From: Eledone cirrhosa
Lineage: Eukaryota
DNA length: 64,000 bases
Assembly: GCA_964016885.1 (NCBI GenBank)
Contig: OZ024740.1
Coordinates: 327,050,001 to 327,114,000, forward strand
Direction of reading: 5' to 3'
Both the position numbers and the translations under genes were made by a program. Of this stretch, positions 41,751 to 56,897 are shown piece by piece (the stretch's first letter is position 1; each line of letters begins with the position of its first letter). The notes below the pieces were generated by a model that saw nothing but the letters and a program-made list of their open reading frames with translations, did not search any database and was not told the origin of the DNA.

Positions 41751-42233
41751 CTTACCTGGACAATAATGATATGACAATAATGATATGATAGGCACCCAAT
41801 ATTTTGAACTGGTTTATAGAATTCTCTTGGTCTTTGTCACTCTAATTAGAGCTTTAAAGAATTAGCTTTTAAAGAATTTCCATTTTCTTTAAATCCATCA
41901 ACCATGACCGACCCCCAGCCATCTTATAGACACCTGAAATATAGGCATTGTTAGAGAAACTTAAAAATAAGGAGTGGCACCCCATTCTGAACTTGTTTAT
42001 AGAATTTTTTCTGCCTTTGTCACTCTAAATATAAATTATAGCCTTAAAGAATTAGCTTTTAATGAATTCCCTTTTCTTTCAACCAATGACGTCCACCCAT
42101 CTCACTCCCCACCCTCTTCTACCACCTGAAAAGATATAAATACCACAACATTTATTTTGGAAAGCCAGATTCCTGATGATTTCTAAAGAATGAAGCACTT
42201 CTAGTCTTGTAGAATCTCATCTATATTAAAACT
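40879..42233. mobile_element. Family H fold-back element with ~465-bp inverted arms
   Basis: 40951-41418 is inverted at 41771-42233 with scattered mismatches. Microsatellite-rich spacer; tail at 40879-40950. Confidence 0.85.
40967..41017 (-). ncRNA. Type I hammerhead ribozyme (family H)
   Basis: agattc-CTGATGA-tttc taaa gaat-GAAA-ca cttctagtcc tg-TA-gaatct. The partner at 42167-42217 has GAAG instead of GAAA. Confidence 0.75.
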
Positions 42234-42390
42234 ATATATATATATATATATATTAGAAAGTGAGGTTTTTTGTTACAAAATGAAAAATAACCGAGGTGTC
42301 CTACACGAGTGAAAGTATAAAGAAAAAGAGATGAAATCGAAAATGCAACTGGAGTCTTATTTTAAAAAAAATATATATATTTATTTGGTT

Positions 42391-42427
42391 CCTTTACCGG
42401 TTTCGCAGTTCTTCTGCTTTTCAAAAG
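42391..42427 (-). ncRNA. Hammerhead ribozyme, family A
   Basis: Same core; stem I is ctt/aag. Lies within copy 42254-42452. Confidence 0.75.
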
Positions 42428-42589
42428 TAGAGTTGAGATGGAGGGTCTGTGGTTAATGAGACTTGTTACTCTGAAGTTTTACCTGTGTACTCACAGGATC
42501 ATATGACGAGACATATTAAACTCTGCTTTGATATTGATATTGAGTACTCATTTTCGCGTTCGTCAACATCACACACACACATATATATA

Positions 42590-42644
<55 letters not shown>

Positions 42645-42816
42645 GTTCGGTATGTCTCTCCGTGTGTCTAATTTTTTTTTTAGTTTCTCTGTCGCGTCTG
42701 CTCTTTCTTTCCTTTTCTCGACTTTATCTTCTCTAATCCTCTCCATCCCCTCTCTACTCTTTCTCTCTTCCCCTCTCTCTCATTCTCTCGCTCACTCTCT
42801 CTCTTTCTCTCCCCCC

Positions 42817-42853
<37 letters not shown>

Positions 42854-43099
42854 TAGTGTTTGTACTCTATCTTGTCAGACTTTCACCAAAAATATAATAA
42901 TAAATAAAATAAAATATATTTCGCGAAAACAACGAAAGAAGTAAGAAAACAAAAGAAAAAGAAAAGAAAAACAACGAACAAAAACAAAGGTAAAAAAGGT
43001 AATTAAAGAAATACCCCCCTCCCCTCAGATAATGGAGTGTAATAGACTCTTCCCACCCCCAAAACAATCGAACATAAATATTATATCATCTCATATTGC

Positions 43100-43975
43100 A
43101 GCATATACACAAACATGTATAAGGATGCATACACATACATACATATGTACATACATAGATACATACACTCATACATACATACACATACATAGATGCATAC
43201 ACTCATACATACATATACATACATTCATATATACATACACATACATATATGCATATATGCATGCATACATAAATACATGCATGCATACATGCATACATTG
43301 ATACACACATACACATACATGCATAAATACACACATAGATGTATACATCCATAAATACATACATACATACATACATACTTGTATACATCCATCCATCCAT
43401 TCATACATACATGCATTTATGGTTACATACATAGATGTATACATACATAAATACATACATGCGTGTATACATCCATCCATCCATCCATACATAGATACAT
43501 ACATAGATACATACACACATACACACATACATACTTCTATACATACATACATACTTCTATACATACATACATGCGTGTATACATCCATCCATCCATCCAT
43601 ACATAGATACATACATAGATACATACACACATACACACATACATACTTCTATACATACATACATACTTCTATACATACATACATGCGTGTATACATCCAT
43701 CCATCCAACCATACATACATACATACATACATACATACACACATACATACATACATACATACATACATACATACATACATACATACACACACACATACAT
43801 ACATACATACATACACACACACATACATACATACATACATACATACATACACACACACATACATACATACACACACACACACATACATACATACATACAT
43901 ACATACATACATACATACATACATACATACATACATACATACATACATACATACATACATACATAGATAGATACA
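43100..43975. repeat. (ACAT)n/(ATCC)n compound microsatellite
   Basis: Direct inspection. Long (TA)n/(TG)n arrays also occur at 305-860, 38450-38860, 50940-51575, 57054-57547 and 62100-62687. Confidence 0.95.
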
Positions 43976-44970
43976 TATTAATTAGCCCCAACAAAACAAA
44001 ATATGGGTTAATTTACCTGGCATGCTTACGTAAAAACCTTGTGTAATCCATGAGTGAGTGATCGCCGAGAAACTTGCCTTAAGTAACAATGAATCCTTAC
44101 AAGTGACTATACTGAAAATCATATTTGCTTGGTCTTTCCCCTTCTCCCACCTCCGCCTCTCTCTTTCTCTCTCACTCGCTCTCAGTGTATCTCTCGCCTC
44201 TACTACTTTCCAATTATATTTTCAATATGTGCGAACAAATGCGCGCCGCACTCACACATACACACTCACTCACACTCACGCACATACACACACTCACGCA
44301 CATACACACACATGTGCTCTCCGTCACATAAATACACATGCGCGCAAACATAGCAGACACACGCGTTCGGTTCGCCTCGGTTCGGTTCGACTCCGTTTTT
44401 GCTGCTCGGCACCGTTCTGTACCACACCACACCACACCACACCACACCACACCACACCACACAGCACATTCACTCGTTCATTCGCTCACCCGTTCGCATG
44501 TGCGCGATCGCCTTCCTTCCATCACTATTTCTTGTGTGCCACGTATATCATCTGTCCGTCTCTATTTCAATAATCAACATCAAGGTATGTGTAGTAAGAT
44601 GGTAAAATAGGTAGGTAGATATGTCAAGTATGGAAGTCTCCAAATGCGCGCGCGTGTCATAAGTATGATTATGTGTGCATGCGTCTATGTATTTGCATAT
44701 ATGTGTGAGTGTGTGAGTGTGTGTGTTTGCAGTATGTGACATATGTTGTGTATAAATATGCTTATAACTATCTATATGTTATTTACTATATGCTATATAA
44801 GTTTGCGTATGAAAATAAGTTAGAATGAAAGATAGAATGGTTTGTGGCATTCGTTTCGGTTCTCTGAATTCTGAGTTCAAATCCCACCGATGTCAACTTT
44901 GCCTTATTCAGTTTTAAAGCCGATTCTCGCTGTTATTCTCTCTCTCTCTCTCACTCTCTCTCTCCCTCAC

Positions 44971-45030
<60 letters not shown>

Positions 45031-45818
45031 CCTCTCTCTCTCTCTTTCACTCTCTCTGTCCATACTTGGAACCGGCTGGGCTCCCCCAGGTGTAAAATGT
45101 CCGTCACTACGACTCCATCAGGAGTTACAAGGTTACAAGTCCATATATAGATATGTATATGCATAAGCGTATGTTGTATATGTGTATATGTTTTATATTA
45201 AACATTATATATATGTATATATATGTATATATATATGTAATATGTATATGCCATATGCTATACGATATATATGTTTATAAGCTGTAAATGTATTTTTATA
45301 CACGTATTTATATGCAAATAGTTCTATCTACTTGTCTACATGTGTATGTATCTGTATGTGTATATGTGATATTTATATACTGCACATATATGTCTGTGTG
45401 TCTGTGAGTATGTGTATGGGCGTATGTGCGTGCGTGAGAGTGTATGTGTTTGTGTGTGTTATGTTTGTGTGTCTGTGAGTATTTGCTTGAGCGTATGCGC
45501 GTGCATGAGGGAGTATGTGTTTGTACGTATTATGTCTGTGAGTATGTGTATGGGCGTATGTGCGTGCGCCAGAGAGTATGTGTTTGTGTGTGTGTCTGAG
45601 AGTGTGTGTTTGTGTGTGTTATGTCTGTGAGTGTGTGTTTGTGTGTTTGTGTGTGTTATATATGTGTGTCTGTGAGTGTGTGTTTGTGTGTTATGTCTGT
45701 GTATCAGTGAGTGTGTGTTTGTGTGTGTGTGTGTCTGTGAGTGTGTGTCTGTGAGTGTGTGTTTGTGTGTGTGTGTGTGTGTGTGTCTGTGAGTGTATTT
45801 GTGTGTGTGTCTGTGAGT

Positions 45819-45850
<32 letters not shown>

Positions 45851-46044
45851 CTGTGAGTGTGTTTGTGTGTGTGTGTGTGTCTGTGTCTGTGAGTCTGTGT
45901 GTCTGTGAGTGTGTTTGTGTGTGTGTGTCTGTGAGTGTGTTTGTGTGTGTTTGAGCGACTTTTTCGCAACAGTTCTAGATCTTAGCACTTCTTTCTAACT
46001 CTAACACTTGTTGCTGTTATCTTTCTGTTATTTCGCCGGTTCCA

Positions 46045-46471
46045 GTCGTCGTCGTCGTCGTCGTCGTTGTTGTTGTTGTGGTTGTTGTTGTGGTTGTGGT
46101 TGTGGTTGTTGTCGTTGTTGTTGTTGTGGTTGTCGTTGTTGTGGTTGTGGTTGTGGTTGTTGTGGTTGTGGTTGTCGTTGTTGTTCTGGTTGTTGTTGTG
46201 GTTGTTGTGGTTGTTGTTGTCGTTGTTGTTGTTGTGGTTGTTGTTGTGGTTGTTGTGGTTGTTGTTGTCGTTGGTGTTGTGGTTGTTGTTGTGGTTGTTG
46301 TGGTTGTTGTCGTTGTTGTTGTCGTCGTTGTTGTTGTTGTTGTTGTTGTTGTGGTTGTTGTCGTTGTCGTTGTTGTTGTTGTTGTGGTTGTCGTTGTCGT
46401 TGTTGTTGTTGTTGTTGTGGTTGTGGTTGTCGTTGTTGTTGTTGTTGTCGTTGTTGTTGTGGTTGTCGTCG

Positions 46472-46503
<32 letters not shown>

Positions 46504-46954
46504 GGTGTTGTTGTTGTTGTCGTTGTTGTTGTTGTCGTTGTTGTCGTCGTTGTTGTGGTTGTTGTTGTGGTTGTTGTGGTTGTTGTTGTTGTTGTCGTTG
46601 TTGTTGTGGTTGTCGTTGTTGTCGTCGTTGTTGTTGGTGTTGTCGTCGTCGTCGTCGTTGTTGTTGTTGTTGTTGTTGTTGTGGTTGTGGTTGTCGTTGT
46701 TGTTGTTGTTGTTGTCGTCGTTGTCGTCGTTGTTGTTGATGTTGTTGTTGTTGTGGTTGTTGTTGTCGTCGTTGTTGTTGTTGTTGTTGTTGTGGTTGTT
46801 GTTGTGGTTGTTGTGGTTGTTGTTGTTGTCGTCGTTGTTGTTGTTGTTGTCGTCGTTGTTGTCGTTGTTATTGTTGTTGTTGTTGTGGTTGTTGTCGTCG
46901 TTGTTGTTGTTGTCGTCGTTGTTGATGTGGTTGTCGTTGTTGATGTGGTTGTCG

Positions 46955-46991
<37 letters not shown>

Positions 46992-47241
46992 CGTCGTTGT
47001 TGTGGTTGTCGTTGTTGTTGTTGTTGTTGGTGGTGGTGTCGTTGTTGTTGTCGTTGTTGTTGTTGGTGGTGGTGTCGTTGTTGTTGTCGTTGTTGTTGTT
47101 GTTATTGGTGTTGTTGTTGTCGTCGTTGTTGTTGTTGTTGTTGTCGTCGTTGGTGTCGTTGTTGTTGTTGTTGTCGTTGTTGTTGTCGTTGGTGTTATTG
47201 TTGTTGTTGTTGTTGTTGTCGTTGTTGTTGTTGTTGGTGTT

Positions 47242-47299
<58 letters not shown>

Positions 47300-47692
47300 T
47301 TGTTGTTGGTGTTATTGTTGCTGACATTATATTGTTGTTGTTGTTACTGCTGCTGTTGCTGTTGTTGTTGTTGCTGATATTATTATTGTTGCTGTTATTG
47401 TAGTAGTAGTAGTAGCAGTAGTAGTAGTAGTAGTAGCCGTAGTAGTAGTAGTAGCAGCAGTAGTAGTAGTAGTAGTCGTAGTAGTATTCGTAGTATCAGC
47501 AGCAGTAGTAGTAGTAGCAGCAGTAGTAGTAGTAGTAGTAGTAGTCGTAGTAGTAGTCGTAGTATCAGCAGTAGTTGTAGTAGTAGTAGTAGTAGTAGTC
47601 GTAGTAGTAGTCGTAGTATCAGCAGCAGTAGTAGTAGTAGTAGTCGTAGTAGTAGTCGTAGTAACAGCAGTAGTTGTAGTAGTAGCAGCAGC

Positions 47693-47764
<72 letters not shown>

Positions 47765-47836
47765 CGTCGTAGTAGTAGTCGTAGTAGCAGCAGCAGTAGT
47801 AGTACTAGTAGCAGCAGTAGTAGTAGTAGTAGTAGT
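46045..47836. repeat. Compound trinucleotide array, (GTT/GTC/GTG)n followed by (GTA/GCA)n
   Basis: Direct inspection. Confidence 0.97.
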
Positions 47837-48827
47837 TATTGCTTCACAGACGGAAATAATTTAGTGTACGTTTGCTTCATATATCGCACCATTGCTATGT
47901 ATATGTCTGTGTGAGTGTCTCTGTGTGTGTGTATTTATTATGTAAGTGTGTGTAGTAAAATAGGATTGTATATACGTACGTGAATGCATGCGTGTATATG
48001 TATATACACGAGCGTGCTTGTGTGTGTTTAGCATGTATGTAAGTGCGTGCGTATAAGAGTGTGTATGAGTGCATATATGAGTGTGTTTACGCGTGTGGAT
48101 CTGAATGTGTGAATGTGTATGCATGCTAAAAGTTCTTGTGCGTGTATGTCTCAAGGTGAGTAAATATTAATTTGTAAATGTGTATGTGTATTGTGTTAAT
48201 GTGCGTATGCTCAGACTGTGTGTGAAAGTGAGCGTGTGTGTGTGTGTGTGTGTGTGTGATAGCGAGTGTGAGGGAATCTTGTGAATGTGTGTGTATTTTG
48301 TGTGCGTGTAAGTATGCCTGTGAGTGTGCGTGTGTACCAGAAGTTTGTCAGTGAGTTAGAACAACTGTCTGTGTGTGTATGTGTGTGTTTGTATGTGCAT
48401 GTTTGTGTATGTGTTTATGTGTGTGTATGTATGTATGTGTATGTGTGTGTATGTGTGTGTATGTTTGTATGTGTATGTGTGAGTGTGTATGTGTGTGCGA
48501 GTGTGTGTATATGTGTATGTGTGAATGTATGTGTGAGTGTGTATGTGTGTATGTGTACACCACCACCACCACCACCACCAGCAGCATCACCAGCAGCATG
48601 ACCACCATCAGCATCATGTATGTTTGTGTGTATATGTATGAGTGGGTATGTGTGAGTGTGTATGTGTGTGTATCTGTGTGTGTATGTGTGTGTATGTGTG
48701 TTTTTTTTTTGTTTTGTGTGTGTATGAAACTGATAAACTTTTTTAACGTGTTTCTTATATGTGAAGTTCCCAATTTTTCCTTCCGCATATAAAAACCTAT
48801 TTTCTTTCTTCTGTTTGCTATATACAC

Positions 48828-50853
48828 ATACACACTAACATACACACTAACATACACTAACATACACACTAAAATACACACTAACATACACACTAAAATA
48901 CACTCTAACATACCCTAACATACACACTAAAATACACACTAACATACACACTACAATACACACTAACATACACACTAACATACACACTAATATACACACT
49001 AACATACACACTAAAATACACACTAACATACACACTAACATACACTAACATACACACTAACATACACACTAACATACACACTAACATACACACTAACATA
49101 CACTAACATACACACTAAAATACACACTATCATACACACTAACATACACACTAACATACACACTAACATACACACTAAAATACACTCTAACATACACTAA
49201 CATACACACTAAAATACACACTAACATACACACTAACATACACACTAACATACACAATAACACACACACTAACATACACACTAAAATACACACTAACATA
49301 CACACTAACATACACACTAACATACACACTAACATACACGCTAAGATACACTAACATACACACTAACATACACACTAACATACACACTAACATACACTAA
49401 CATACACACTAACATACACACTATAATACACTAACATACACACTAACATACACACTAACATACACACTAACATACACACTAACATACACACTAACATACA
49501 CACTAACATACACACTAACATACACTAACATACACACTAACATGCACACTAACATACACACTAACATACACACTAACATACACACTAACATACACTAACA
49601 TACACACTAACATACACTAACATACACACTAACATACACACTAACACACACACTAACATACACACTAACATACACACTAACATACACACTACAATACACA
49701 CTAACATACACACTAACATACACACTAACATACACACTAACATACACTAACATACACACTAACATACACACTAACATACACACTAACATACACTAACATA
49801 CACACTAACATACACACTAACATACACTAACATACACACTAACATACACACTAACATACACACTAACATACACACTAACATACACACTAACATACACATT
49901 AACATACACTAACATACACACTAACATACACACTAACATACACACTAACATACACTAACATACACACTAACATACACACTAACATACACACTAACATACA
50001 CTAACATACACACTAACATACACACTAACATACACACTAACATACACACTAACATACACACTAACATACACTAACATACACACTAACATACACACTAACA
50101 TACACACTAACATACACACTAACATACACACTAACATACACACTAACATACACACTAACATACACACTAACATACACTAACATACACACTAACATACACA
50201 CTAACATACACACTAACATACACACTAACATACACACTAACATACACACTAACATACACACTAACATACACTAACATACACACTAACATACACACTAACA
50301 TACACACTAACATACACTAACATACACACTAACATACACACTAACATACACACTAACATACACACTAACATACACTAACATACACACTAACATACACACT
50401 AACATACACACTAACATACACACTAACATACACACTAACATACACACTAACATACACACTAACATACACTAACATACACACTAACATACACACTAACACA
50501 CACACTAACATACACACTAACATATACACTAACATACACACTACAATACACACTAACATACACACTAACATACACACTAACATACACACTAACATACACA
50601 CTAACATACACATTAACATACACTAACATACACACTAACATACACACTAACATACACACTAACATACACTAACATACACACTAACATACACACTAACATA
50701 CACACTAACATACACTAACATACACACTAACATACACACTAACATACACACTAACATACACACTAACATACACACTAACATACACTAACATACACACTAA
50801 CATACACACTAACATACACACTAACATACACACTAACACACACACTAACATAC
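48828..50853. repeat. ~2-kb satellite of 12-bp (CTAACATACACA) and 10-bp (CTAACATACA) units
   Basis: Direct inspection. Confidence 0.97.
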
Positions 50854-50975
50854 AATAAAATACTCATATAATCACACATACACATAATCTCTATTTATCT
50901 ATCGCGCTTCGTTTTCCCCTTCTCACTCTCTCTCATATATGTATATGTGTGTGTGTGTGTATACATACACATATC

Positions 50976-51053
<78 letters not shown>

Positions 51054-51096
51054 TACCTAAACACGCATTCATACATATACGTGGTATACATATATG

Positions 51097-51223
<127 letters not shown>

Positions 51224-51345
51224 TATATAAATATAGATAAAGATATAGATATAGATATAGATATATCTATATCTATATTTATATATACATATATGTATAA
51301 AATATATAATATAATATATATATATATATGTGTGTGTGTGTGTAT

Positions 51346-51406
<61 letters not shown>

Positions 51407-51508
51407 ACACACATATATATATTTACACACACATATATAACTATATATATATATATATATATTATGGAATACTGTTGGCTTCTTGCTACAATAATTTCTA
51501 TACTCTTC

Positions 51509-51580
<72 letters not shown>

Positions 51581-51639
51581 CAAGGCTCTGATACCATCAA
51601 CACTATACACACAGAGCTGGCATATCTAAAAACTGACTA

Positions 51640-51695
51640 ACTGCCTGATGAGGTCATAGCCATTTAATGGCTATCATCGAAATATATATAGCAGT
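51640..51695 (+). ncRNA. Type I hammerhead ribozyme (family D; element 51575-51742)
   Basis: actgc-CTGATGA-ggtcatagccatt t aatggctatcatc-GAAA-tatata-TA-gcagt. Element sits between TA runs. Confidence 0.88.
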
Positions 51696-51759
51696 AAATA
51701 AAGGATTATGAGTTCATGCAATTAACTTATGTTTCATCACTAAATATATATATATATAT

Positions 51760-51948
51760 AACGAAGGAATTGTGGTAAGGAACCAGGTGGACCATAACGC
51801 ACCAAAGTACTCAATACTTAGGGTAGTAGAGTGGGTAATAGGAACGAGTAGGACCCCGACGGCTGAGCTCAAGCCGTTTCGACAGTTAATTCTGCAGAAT
51901 TAGCCGTCGAAACAGCTTGAGCTCAGCCGTCGGGGTCCTACTCGTTCC

Positions 51949-51950
<2 letters not shown>
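51760..51950. mobile_element. Family F fold-back copy (3' half of the HHR only)
   Basis: Palindrome 51838-51951 centred on ctgcag (51892-51897), with the tail to the left. Confidence 0.8.
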
Positions 51951-51984
<34 letters not shown>

Positions 51985-52039
51985 CCACGTATATGTATGA
52001 ATGCGTTCACGCGTGTTTAGGTATATATCTATTTATGTA

Positions 52040-52112
<73 letters not shown>

Positions 52113-52180
52113 GTCGATATGTGTATTTATATATATATATATATACGTATATATGTGTGTGCGTGTAATAATGTACACGT

Positions 52181-52235
<55 letters not shown>

Positions 52236-52479
52236 CATATGTACTATACACAAACGTTTATAATTGTTGTTATTGTTATTATTGATCATATTATTCTTGT
52301 TCTTGAGATTAGTGTTGCAGCAGCTGCAGTTGGTGTTGTGCATATTATTATTGTTATTGTGTTTGTGTGGTTTTTTACATGCAATTATTTTTTTTATTTG
52401 CTACATGTTGTTGTTGGCATTGTCAAATGCACTCCAGATGTGACCATCCCTTTCTTTCTTCGTTGCTGCCCTTATTGTT

Positions 52480-53185
52480 GTATAATCTAACACTACATTA
52501 TCCATCGTCTGTCCATACTTTCACCTATTTCAAGATAATAGCTTAGTTTGTAATTTGAGGGAATGAGGTTGTTATATCTAGCATCTTAAGTAGCCACATA
52601 GAGACTCCTGAGACGACTTGTTGCTCGTTGTTGTTCTTGTTGTTGTTCTTGTTGTTGTTCTTGTTGTATAATCTAACACTACATTATTCATGGTCTGTCC
52701 ATATTTTCACCTATATCAAGACAATAGCTTAGTTTGTAATTTGAGGGAATGTGGTTGTTATATCTAGCATCTTAAGTAGCCACATAGAGACTCTCGAGTT
52801 GACTTGTTGCTCGTTGTTTTTCTTGTTGTTATTCTTGTATAATCTAAGACTACATTATTTAATGTGTGGATTGGCAGTATCGGTAGAGGGTCGGATGCCA
52901 TGCTTTGACGCATAGAGTTACGGCCCTTGCCATTCTCAGTTCAAATCCAGCCGAGGTTAACTTTGCCTTTCATCCTTACAGGGTCGATAAAATAAAATAC
53001 CAGTAATGTACTGACTAATTTCTGGCCTTGTGCCAAACGTAGAAACAATTATATAATGTCTGTCCATACTTTCACCTATATCAAGACAATAGCTTAGTTT
53101 TCTAATTGGAGGGAATGTGGTTGTTATATCTAGCATCTCAAGTAGCCACATAGAGACACCTGAGACGACTTGTTGCTCGTTGTTT
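52480..53185. repeat. Three tandem ~170-190-bp units; the third is interrupted by a SINE
   Basis: gtataatctaa..ctacattat..gacttgttgctcgttg at ~52480, ~52666 and ~52837. Confidence 0.88.
52866..53051 (+). mobile_element. tRNA-derived SINE with a probable 12-bp TSD
   Basis: Flanked by attatttaatgt (52854-52865) and attatataatgt (53048-53059). Confidence 0.88.
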
Positions 53186-53379
53186 CTAAAGATAGTTGGT
53201 ATTGTGACTACAGCTGCTGCTGTTATATTATCAAGTGAGCATGCACAAGGAAAATATGCATACGACATTCAATAGTGCATATTTATTTAGCTACTATAGT
53301 TCTTTCAATACATACAGCTAGATGACATCAGCTGCATTAGCATGATAAGGACAGCAACGTTAGTCACAACGATGTTACT

Positions 53380-53947
53380 AACATCATCATCATCATCATC
53401 AATATCATCACTGCCATCATCTTCATCATCATCATCATCATCATTACCGTCATAATCACCACCACCACCACCATCATCATACTCCTCTTCCTCATCATCA
53501 TAATAACCATCCTCATTACCACCACCATGAACATCATCAGCATCATCATCATCATCATCATCGACAACAATAACAACGAAAAATATAACATTGACAGCAG
53601 CAGCAGCAGCGGCAACAGCAGCTGTTATACAAAAAGAAATTCTAATACCACCACCACCACCATCTCCACCACCACCACCATACCACCATCATCACCACCA
53701 CCACCACCACCATACCACCATCATCACCACCACCACCACCACCAACAACAACATCAACATTAGCACCACCACCATCAGCAGCACCACCACCACCACCAGC
53801 ACCACCACCAACACCACCATCCACCGCCACCACCAGCACCACCACCAGCAGCACCACCACCACCACCATCCACCGCCACCACCAGCACCAGCACCACCAC
53901 CACCACCACCATCCACCGCCACCACCAGCACCAGCACCAACACCAGC

Positions 53948-53980
<33 letters not shown>

Positions 53981-54058
53981 AGCACCATCACCACCACCAC
54001 CACCACCACCGCCACCACCACCACCACCACCAGCACCAGCACCACCACCACCACCACC

Positions 54059-54089
<31 letters not shown>

Positions 54090-55294
54090 GCACCACCACC
54101 ACCACCACCAGCACCACCACCAGCACCAGCACCAACACCACCACCACCACCACCACCAGCACCAGCACCAGCACCACCACCACCACCACCACCGGTGGCG
54201 GTGTCTAACACATGACAGTACTAACCACATGTAAGGTTTATATCAGATGGAAAGTCTAAGAAATACAAATATTTAATTTAAAACACACCAACAACAACAA
54301 CAACAACAAACAAACAAATAGTGTAAGAAAACACCATTTAGTGATGATGATGATGATGGTGGTGATGGTGATGGTCATAGTGATGATGATGATGATGATG
54401 ATGATGGTGGTGGTGATGGTCATAGTGATGATGATGATGATAATGATGGTGGTGGTGATGGTCATAGTGATGATGATGATGATGATGATGGCGGTGTGAT
54501 GGTGATGGTCATAGTGATGAGGATGATGATGTTGATAATGATGTTGATGATTATGGTGGTAACGGTTATGATGATGGTGATAGTGATGATGAAAATGGCG
54601 ATAGTGATAATGTTAGCGATGATGATGATGATGATGATGGTGATACAGTAGTGGTGGAGATGATGACGATGGCGACGATGATGACGATGACGATGGTGAT
54701 GGTGGTGACGATGACGATGGTGATGGTGATGACGATGACGATGGTGATGATGATGACGATGACGATGGTGATGGTGGTGACGATGGTGATGGTGGTGACG
54801 ATGATAATTGTTTCAACTTCTGGCACAAGGCCAGCAATTATCTCAGTGTATTACTGGTACTTTGTTTTATCGACCCCCGTAACGATGAAAGGCAAAGTTA
54901 ACCGATGATAATGGTGACAGTGATGATGATGATGATAGTGATGATGATAGTGATGATGATAGTGATGCTGCTGCTGCTGATGATGATGATGATAGTGCTG
55001 TTGCTGCTGAGTATGTTCACAATGCTAGCAGTGGTGCTCTAGATGTAGATCGTGATGATATTGATAAAGAAGAGGTGAAGGAAAGGGGGGGGGGGTATAT
55101 ATATTCACAAGAGAATAGGAGTGGCGTTAGTTGATTAAGACGGCTGCAGTGGTGGTGGTGGTGATGGTGGAGGTAGTGGTGGTGGTAGTGGTGGTGGTGG
55201 TAGTGGTGGTGGTAGTGGTGGTGGTGGTAGTGGAGGTCGTGGTGGTGGTAGTGGTGGTGGTAGTGGTGGTGGTGGTGGTGGTAGTGGTGGTGGT

Positions 55295-55325
<31 letters not shown>

Positions 55326-55860
55326 GTCGTGGTGGTGGTAGTGGTGGTGGTAGTGGTAGTGGTGGTGGTGGTAGTGGTGGTGGTGGTGGTGGTAGTGGAG
55401 GTCGTGGTGGTGGTGGTGGTGGTAGTGGTGGTGGTAGTGGTGGTGGTAGAATGGTGGTAGTGGTGGTGATGGTGGTGTTGGTGGTGGTGGTTGTGGTGGT
55501 AGTGGAGGTGGTAGAGGTGGTAGTGTTGGTGGTAGTGGTGGTGGTAGAATGGTGGTAGTGGTGGTGATGGTGGTGGTTGTAGTGGTAGTGGTGGTAGTGG
55601 TGGTGGTAGTGGTGGTGGTAGTGGTGGTGGTAGAGGTGGTGGTAGTGGTGGTAGTGGCGGTCGTGGTAGTGGTGGTGGAGAGGGTAGCGGCGGTGGTGGT
55701 GGTAGTGGCGGTGGTGTGGTGGTGTTGGTTGTGGTGGTGGTGGTGGTAGTAGTGGTAGTGGTTGTGGTGGTAGTGGTAGTGATAGTGGTGGTAGTGGTAA
55801 TGGTAGTGTTAGTAGTGGTGGTGATGGTGGTGTTGGTGGTGATGGTGGTTTGATGGAGGT
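53380..55860. repeat. Compound (CAT)n/(CAC)n/(GAT)n/(GGT)n arrays
   Basis: Direct inspection. Confidence 0.95.
54804..54904 (-). mobile_element. SINE 3' half
   Basis: SINE core and 3' end. A similar half copy lies at 56429-56533. Confidence 0.8.
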
Positions 55861-56194
55861 AGGGATAACGTAAGCGAAAACAGAAGTGTCAACGCTTGTA
55901 TATGTCTGTCTCTGAAACAACAGATGTCAGGAATGCATCTTTCTAAGTAAACGACTGCTTACGTCTTTCCTCTTTCTTCTTACACCACCCACCCCACCAT
56001 AACCTTTCACCACCTTCTCTCTCTCATATCTCCATCACGTAAGAACATATTTTCTTACTCACTCTCTTTCATTCTTTCACGTTATGTATGTATGTATGTA
56101 TGTATATATATGTTTTTATGTATGTAAGTATGTGTGTACGTGTATGTATCTATCTCTGTGTCTTTTCTGTACATCTGTCTGTCCATCTATCCAT

Positions 56195-56234
<40 letters not shown>

Positions 56235-56582
56235 ATATCTATTATCTCTCTCTCTCGTCTGTATGTATGTCTATCTTTCTATTCCTCTCGTTGTCTTACT
56301 CTGCCTTCCACTCTTTCCCCACAGCAATTCCTTACCTTAAGTGAAGTGAAGTCAGTCATTATTCGGCTGACATATTCTTCTTTTCTTTCTCGTCCTTCAT
56401 TGAGGTGGTGCTGGTGATGATGAAGGTGATAATTGTTTCTACTTTTGGCACAAGGCCAGCAATTACCCAGTACATTACTGGTACTTTATTTTATCGACCC
56501 CGTAAAGATGAAAGGCAAAGTTAACCTCGGCGAGAAAGGTGATAATGGTGATGGCGGTGATCGTTTCTGTCTCAGTATGTAA

Positions 56583-56666
<84 letters not shown>

Positions 56667-56832
56667 TGGCTGCCAACTCGTTTTCGAGTACGGCCACTAC
56701 TTTATATCCATGTAGGAGAACCCCTACCGATGCGCTGAACGAGTGTGGCTTTTTAGTCCAGCCAGCCACTTGAAAACTCTGGTACAAACACTACACTTGT
56801 GACAATTATTGACACATAGTGCCTTTGCTCAC

Positions 56833-56897
<65 letters not shown>

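Noticed and set aside
46008-47403. 430-440 aa poly-T/V/L/C ORFs resembling mucins or Cys-rich proteins
   Set aside because: Open in several frames on both strands because of the (GTT)n repeat; no unique domain or splice evidence.
48828-50853. Possible CRISPR array or telomeric tract
   Set aside because: No unique spacers, and the unit is not a G-rich telomere repeat; a plain satellite.
53591-55920. Poly-Pro/Thr/Gly ORFs and an apparent giant (CAC)n/(GGT)n palindrome
   Set aside because: Trinucleotide repeats; the order of the blocks is not mirror-symmetric.
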